DNA from: Porphyromonadaceae bacterium
Lineage (GTDB): Bacteria; Bacteroidota; Bacteroidia; Bacteroidales; Porphyromonadaceae
Direction of reading: 5' to 3'
Assembly (NCBI GenBank): GCA_037191085.1
Contig: JBAKGE010000001.1
Coordinates: 1,089-65,088, forward strand
Length of the DNA stretch: 64,000 nt
The notes under the pieces are model-generated. The model ran no database searches, was not told the DNA's origin, and was given only the letters and a program-made list of their open reading frames with translations. Positions 59,159-64,000 of the stretch are shown one piece after another; positions within the stretch are counted from its first letter, which is position 1; each line of letters opens with the position of its first letter. The translations under genes and the position numbers were made by a program.

Positions 59159-60394
59159 TCACTCCGCTTTTTCAGTATGAGGAACTGAGGGTCTGCGATC
59201 TTCGTCCTTCTCGGGTAGGATTAGGTTGAGCAACACAGCTACGAGTGCCGAGAGACCGATGCCGGCGAGGGTGAAGGTTCCCATGGAGAGAACCGCGCCG
59301 CCGATACCCGTAGTGAGGGTAACCGAGATAATCACAATGTTGCGGGAGCTGGAGAGGTTGACCTTGCTATTGAGTAAGCTATTGATGCCCGCTCCCGCGA
59401 TAGTTCCGAAGAGTAGAAGCATGATCCCACCGAGGACAGCACTATCGATGCTCTTGAGGAAAGCACTGACTTTGCCGACAAGAGAAAAGACGATGGCCGT
59501 GATAGCGGAGATACGGAGGACACGAGGATCGGTGACCTTGGTGAGGGACATCGCACCCGTGACCTCAGAGTAGGTGGTCACGGGAGGTGCTCCAATGAAG
59601 GCTGCCACGAAGCAAGCGAGACCATCACCGAACATAGTACGATGCAGACCAGGATCCTTGACGAAATTTTTACCTGTTACGCTATTGACCACATAGACGT
59701 CGCCGATGTGCTCAATCACAGGAGCAATAGCTATAGGAATCATGAAAAGGATAGGTTCCCAGCTGAAGCGATCGGGGATGGTGAGAGCAGGGAGCGAGAA
59801 CCACTTGGCCGCTGCAACACCGGAAAAGTCAACGTCGAAGAAGATAAGGTCTACGATGTAACCCACAAGTATACCGCAGAAGATAGGGATGAGCTTGATG
59901 ATTCCTTTGGTATAAAGTGTCACAATTATCGCAGTACTCAGAGCAATGATAGCGAGGATCCAGTTCTCCTTAGCCATATTAACCGCCGAGCCGGAGAGGG
60001 AGAGCCCGATGAGCATGATCACTGGACCAATGACGACGGGAGGAAAGAGACGTCCGATGAACTTAGTCCCAAAGGAGCGAATCAGTGCCGACATGATGAA
60101 GTATACCAATGCTACGCCTACTATGCCGAGGAGAGCCCCGTTGAGACCATACAATTCCGAGGCACTTTGGATAGGTGCAATGAAGGCAAAACTGCTGCCG
60201 AGGAAGATAGGTACTTTGCCCTTCGTGACCATGTGAAATATCAGTGTACCTATACCTGCAGAGAAGAGAGCTGCAGAGGGGTCCAAGCCTACGAGCAGTG
60301 GTACTAAAACGGTAGCTCCGAATGCTACAAAGAGGTACTGAATACCTACTATTGTCTGCCTGGCAGGGGAAAGAGTGGGGATCGTATCGGTCAT
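59159..60394 (-). CDS. uraA: Uracil permease (NCS2)
   Basis: FVAFGATVLVP, FLGSSFAFI, EHIGD, PPVTTYSE. Confidence 0.9.
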   Translation of the reverse strand: MTDTIPTLSPARQTIVGIQYLFVAFGATVLVPLLVGLDPSAALFSAGIGTLIFHMVTKGKVPIFLGSSFAFIAPIQSASELYGLNGALLGIVGVALVYFIMSALIRSFGTKFIGRLFPPVVIGPVIMLIGLSLSGSAVNMAKENWILAIIALSTAIIVTLYTKGIIKLIPIFCGILVGYIVDLIFFDVDFSGVAAAKWFSLPALTIPDRFSWEPILFMIPIAIAPVIEHIGDVYVVNSVTGKNFVKDPGLHRTMFGDGLACFVAAFIGAPPVTTYSEVTGAMSLTKVTDPRVLRISAITAIVFSLVGKVSAFLKSIDSAVLGGIMLLLFGTIAGAGINSLLNSKVNLSSSRNIVIISVTLTTGIGGAVLSMGTFTLAGIGLSALVAVLLNLILPEKDEDRRPSVPHTEKAE

Positions 60395-60524
60395 CGTGGT
60401 ACTAAGGAATACACAGATTAAAAATGATTAAAACTGCACAAAATTACACAAATTGGCACTTACTTCCAAGGAGATTTCCCTGTATGCGAGATGATAGCTA
60501 CCTATAGCACACTGCACGGAGTAG

Positions 60525-61139
60525 TCAGGGGAGAATGAAGTGGTCTATAGTAAGGGCACCTATGGGCATCATGGTATTGATAAGGTGTACCTTACGACAT
60601 AGGTGTAGGTCGTGCAGGGTAAGTGGTACGGGTAGGATACGATTCTCAGAGATGAGTCTTGCCCTCTGCGTACCTTCGAGGAGCGGGGTATCGGGTGTCA
60701 ACAGTCGCCCGTCTGACATCTCGAGGACTACATTCGTGTAAGTAGTGTCTGTGAGCCATCCTCTTTGGACGAGTAGGGCTTCTTCTCCGGCTTGGCACTG
60801 ACTGCTGTAGGCGGTGAAGCAGGAGCGGTCGGCGTACTTGAGGGAGTAATCCAGATCGTCCGGCACGGTCAATACCCGCAGGGTGTGAACTGGACGGATG
60901 GAGTAGGGGACGGAGCGTACTTCGTGTACCTCCTCGCCGTAGACAATCGTGCAGCGGAGAAGTTGATCAGCGGAGGTCCCGAGACCTTCATTAGCCAAGT
61001 GCTCCAGCACTCTTTGCCACACCGTACTCCACGGTATGGGATCCCACCCCATAACGCACGCAGAGCGGTGCATACGCTCCGCGTGCAGGAGGGGAAAGGG
61101 GGTACTGCCTCGTAGGATTGGTAGGGTTTCGATCAGCAT
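60525..61139 (-). CDS. pabC: Aminotransferase class IV, probable aminodeoxychorismate lyase
   Basis: IETL, LKYADR, TDTTYTNV, LLEGTQR; adjacent to pabB. Confidence 0.78.
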   Translation of the reverse strand: MLIETLPILRGSTPFPLLHAERMHRSACVMGWDPIPWSTVWQRVLEHLANEGLGTSADQLLRCTIVYGEEVHEVRSVPYSIRPVHTLRVLTVPDDLDYSLKYADRSCFTAYSSQCQAGEEALLVQRGWLTDTTYTNVVLEMSDGRLLTPDTPLLEGTQRARLISENRILPVPLTLHDLHLCRKVHLINTMMPIGALTIDHFILP

Positions 61140-62125
61140 TGTCCAGAGGGGAGGTAGACCTTTTGAATCACTTCACGATACTCCTTTTCCGCTTTGCTAT
61201 CGATCGTAACCCCACCGCCGCTCTGGTAGGTGAAGTGCCCGTCGGCATCCTGGCTGATGAATCGGATGAGTACCCCACTATCAAGGGTCTCGCCGTCGTA
61301 GTATCCCACGACCCCTGTATAGAAACCTCTTGGCTCCTGCTCCGCATCACGGATGAGCTGTAGTGTGCTAACCTTCGGGGTGCCACAGATAGAGGCAGCG
61401 GGGATAAGCGCGTCGAAGAGATCGCCAAGGGCTGTGCGGTATTCGGGCTTGAGCTGGCCTGCGATCTCGCTACTCACCTGTAGGATATCTCCCGTAGAGT
61501 GGGCTATGCGTGTGAAAAAGCGGAATCGCTCACAGCTGACGTCATCGGCTACTGCTTTGAGTTCATCTACCATCATCTCCACCATAGTTACGTGCTCACG
61601 TGTCTCCTTGTAGTTATTGAGGATTGCCATTTCCACATCCGGAGTGGAAGCGTCTATGGTGCCTTTCATGGGCTGCGAACCGATTCGACCATTTTTATCG
61701 ATCGTGACAAAAGTCTCCGGAGAGAAACATACCCAATGCCCGGGGATGCACATACGGTACTTAGCGGTGGTGCTGTGAAATATTTCCTCCAGCGTACCGT
61801 CAATGGTCATTGGTGTGCGTACGGTGAGGTTCGTGAGCCTGGTGCGTCCGTCCTCCAGTCCTGCTCTGACGATAGCGAATCGTTCGCAGTAGCGCTCAAA
61901 AGACTCTGGTTGGATACTCCAGGTGATAGCCCGTGGTGCTGTGGTCGTGGTGACATTGGTGACACCGTGGAGGTCGAAGAGGATGTCTGTCTCTGCTGTC
62001 AGTGGATCCGCGATGACATAGCCCTCGCTCTTTTCGTAGTCGAGTGCGAAGACAAAGGGGCGGTGCTCCTGTCCGTAGCGATTCATCGCTGCTACGGCAT
62101 CCTTGAAGGTCATGCTCTGTGCCAT
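61133..62125 (-). CDS. pabB: Aminodeoxychorismate synthase component I (short Bacteroidota form)
   Basis: FSPETF, PMKGT, KETREH, SICGTPK, RGFYTG, SGGGVT. Confidence 0.85.
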   Translation of the reverse strand: MAQSMTFKDAVAAMNRYGQEHRPFVFALDYEKSEGYVIADPLTAETDILFDLHGVTNVTTTTAPRAITWSIQPESFERYCERFAIVRAGLEDGRTRLTNLTVRTPMTIDGTLEEIFHSTTAKYRMCIPGHWVCFSPETFVTIDKNGRIGSQPMKGTIDASTPDVEMAILNNYKETREHVTMVEMMVDELKAVADDVSCERFRFFTRIAHSTGDILQVSSEIAGQLKPEYRTALGDLFDALIPAASICGTPKVSTLQLIRDAEQEPRGFYTGVVGYYDGETLDSGVLIRFISQDADGHFTYQSGGGVTIDSKAEKEYREVIQKVYLPSGQC

Positions 62126-62314
62126 GTTTTGTGTAGGTGAGTGGTTGTGTTAGTAATTTGCAACGGCAAAGGTAAGAAAATGCTCCATAGTTACGTATCT
62201 TGTCGAAATAAAATATCGTAAGATAACGAGAGTTCTGCGCAAGGATAAACCACGCCATCTTAGGCGAGGCATCGCTTCGTTTGCCTGAAACATGTGGATA
62301 CACCCAGTAGAAAC

Positions 62315-62392
62315 CTCCGGGTCGTCGAAAAATCGACATCCCAGAGGTCGTCTCCGAAAGCTCTGGGTCATCAATGAAGCGATGACCCAGAG
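62315..62392. repeat. 78-bp double-palindrome element, copy G
   Basis: Same layout; lies between pabB and cas3. Confidence 0.9.
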
Positions 62393-62847
62393 CTTTTTGA
62401 ATCCAATTGTGGATAGCTGATGTAGTGAGGAAAAGATTCAAGAATGTTGGACCTTTTAGGTCATAAACATTCTGTAGTGTTTCAATGAACATCTTTAAAG
62501 CCAGAAGGGGGGAATGTCGAAGTTCGCGTAAAAGCGAATGGCGGCTTTTCAGAAGAGTTTTATTTTGCGGTCGATTGTATGTGGGCAAAAACGATTGAAA
62601 CTACACCTTGTCTTCAATGTATCAGGTCACTTAAACTGGTTGATTCGACTTAATGGACTTGATTTCTTGTCGCTGAAACGATTGTTTATCGATGCTAAAG
62701 GTGACCCCATATTTGTCAGATGGGATAAGGAGTGTTTCAGGCCCCTCTCCTCGTCATTATTCACTATAATTCAACGGTATATATAGTTCACGTATCTCAG
62801 GGAATTTTAATTTTACACTCGATGTTATATTAATTAAACTTTATTGT

Positions 62848-62855
62848 TATATTTG
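62848..62855 (+). promoter_or_regulatory. -7 promoter element upstream of the cas3 fragment
   Basis: TATATTTG matches TAnnTTTG in an AT-rich context. Confidence 0.55.
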
Positions 62856-62911
62856 TGAGAGACCTAATTCACAGCTCTAAATCTAAAATGGAAACTTTGT
62901 CAATACGATAA

Positions 62912-63427
62912 ATGGAGATACTTGATTTCATTGCCCACGTAGATACGGGGGGCGAAACTCAATCTTTGGAAAACCATGCTGAAGAAGTCGCTCGACGGTG
63001 TGGCGAGTTTTGTGCCCAAATAAATCCCGATTGGCGAGGTGTGGGCATTATCCTTGGTCTATTGCATGACCACGGCAAGTATCAGAAGGCGTTTCAAGAG
63101 TACATACGATATTCCTCAGGGCTCTCAGATTATGGCCCCACACGAGCTCCTCACAGCATGGCTGGAGCGATTCATGCGTATTCTTTGTTCAAAGACCGTG
63201 ATAAAGCCTTTGCTCGTGTTCTTTCCTACTGCATTGGAGGGCACCATCGAGGTCTATACGATAGTGCTGAATTGGAGAACGCTCTCAAGGCTGCTGACAA
63301 TGCAGCTTACTACCGTAATATGCTCCAAAATGCTCCCGAAGCAGCTATTAGTCTGGAGAAAAAAATTGCCAGGATAGCTACACTGCCGGATATTATGGAG
63401 ATCGAAGAGGAAGATAGACCTTTTTAA
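62912..63427 (+). pseudogene. cas3: Truncated type I-C Cas3: N-terminal HD domain only
   Basis: IAH...QSLENH, LLHDHGK, HSMAGA, IGGHHRGL; stops after 171 aa with no helicase; CRISPR array directly downstream. Confidence 0.85.
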
Positions 63428-63520
63428 GGATCTCTATCTAATGGATCTTTTTTTCATTACATTTGCACTCACAAAAACGGTGAGACGGAGTCTCTATTCA
63501 TCGAGCTTATAGTCTCCGCA
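63428..63520 (+). promoter_or_regulatory. Putative CRISPR leader
   Basis: Non-coding, contains TACATTTG (63458-63465), 5' of the first repeat in the GAAAC-last orientation. Confidence 0.65.
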
Positions 63521-63681
63521 GTCGCACCCATAAGGGTGCGTGAGTTGAAACTCCCTGCAATCCGCACCGCTGGTGGTTACATTGCGTCGCACCCTTACGG
63601 GTGCGTGAGTTGAAACTAAGGTCTTACTCCAAGCCTTGTTCCTTTAGAGCGTCGCACCCGTAAGGGTGCGTGAGTTGAAAC
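63521..63681 (+). CRISPR. Type I-C mini CRISPR array: three 31-nt repeats, two 34-nt spacers
   Basis: GTCGCACCC-NNNN-GGGTGCGTGAGTTGAAAC at 63521, 63586 and 63651; spacers 63552-63585 and 63617-63650. Confidence 0.93.
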
Positions 63682-63894
63682 CATAGAGTAGCGGCTCTAG
63701 CCACAAAAACTGACCAGCCACCACTGCAAACACCCTCGAGAAGTGCTGTAGCGAAGCTACTTAAGCCTTTGATTAGGCCAGGGGTACCAAACTTTCTTTA
63801 ATCCACCAAATACTCTTTACCCCAAAACATGAACGTAGATTCAAATCCCAAGTGCAATATTTCCCCATTTTTTGCAACTCAAAAGGGGAAAAAC

Positions 63895-63925
63895 GAGCAA
63901 AAGGATTTTACATCCTTTTGCTTTC
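63895..63925. terminator. Intrinsic terminator-like hairpin
   Basis: GCAAAAGGAT-TTTAC-ATCCTTTTGC followed by TTT. Confidence 0.6.
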
Positions 63926-64000
63926 CCACTTCATTATGAGTTTGAAGAGGATTTTGTAGAATAATGAATATTGTTGGTAGTGATAGAATCCACTAGCTTT

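Noticed and set aside
3397-59573. Numerous long antisense or alternate-frame ORFs (e.g. 14766-15629, 26127-27164, 37614-38360, 52589-53344)
   Set aside because: They lie within well-supported genes and lack protein motifs; typical shadow ORFs
62538-62786. 82-aa ORF upstream of cas3 as an anti-CRISPR, regulator or toxin
   Set aside because: No recognisable motif or supporting initiation context; cannot be supported from sequence alone
63584-63650. Both spacers end in GC, suggesting a longer repeat
   Set aside because: The first repeat is preceded by CA; two spacers are too few to exclude chance
63716-63760. Possible fourth degenerate repeat (ACACCCTCGAGAAGTGC)
   Set aside because: Wrong spacing (about 45 nt) and no TTGAAAC end

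Overview
A 64 kb chromosomal window from a Bacteroidales bacterium, most like a Porphyromonas. This is inferred from recurrent TAnnTTTG promoter motifs, DPP5, glutaminyl cyclase and Mfa1-type fimbriae. Most of it is housekeeping: GT4/GH57, ilvE, tRNA-Arg(TCT), peptidases, murB, ppk1, B12-riboswitch-nrdDG, copZ/copA, pdxB, sufE, apbE, a DUF71-btuF-cobO-btuCD cobamide-salvage operon, an Na/Pi transporter, mtaB-lpxL, queG, two NCS2 permeases and pabBC. Two accessory blocks stand out. One is a 12 kb seven-gene type V fimbrial locus. The other, at the right end, is a collapsed type I-C CRISPR-Cas locus with an HD-only cas3 fragment joined to a leader and a 3-repeat array. The structure least explained by gene content is non-coding. 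(1) Seven intergenic copies of a 78-bp double-palindrome element keep an exact 7-18-7-14-7-18-7 geometry despite many substitutions. (2) Two copies of an array of four GATC-centred 20-bp palindromes, each separated by TA (22-bp period), have homologous flanks. No mobilising enzyme for either repeat family is visible in the window. All calls come from reading the sequence and from motif recognition; no searches were run.
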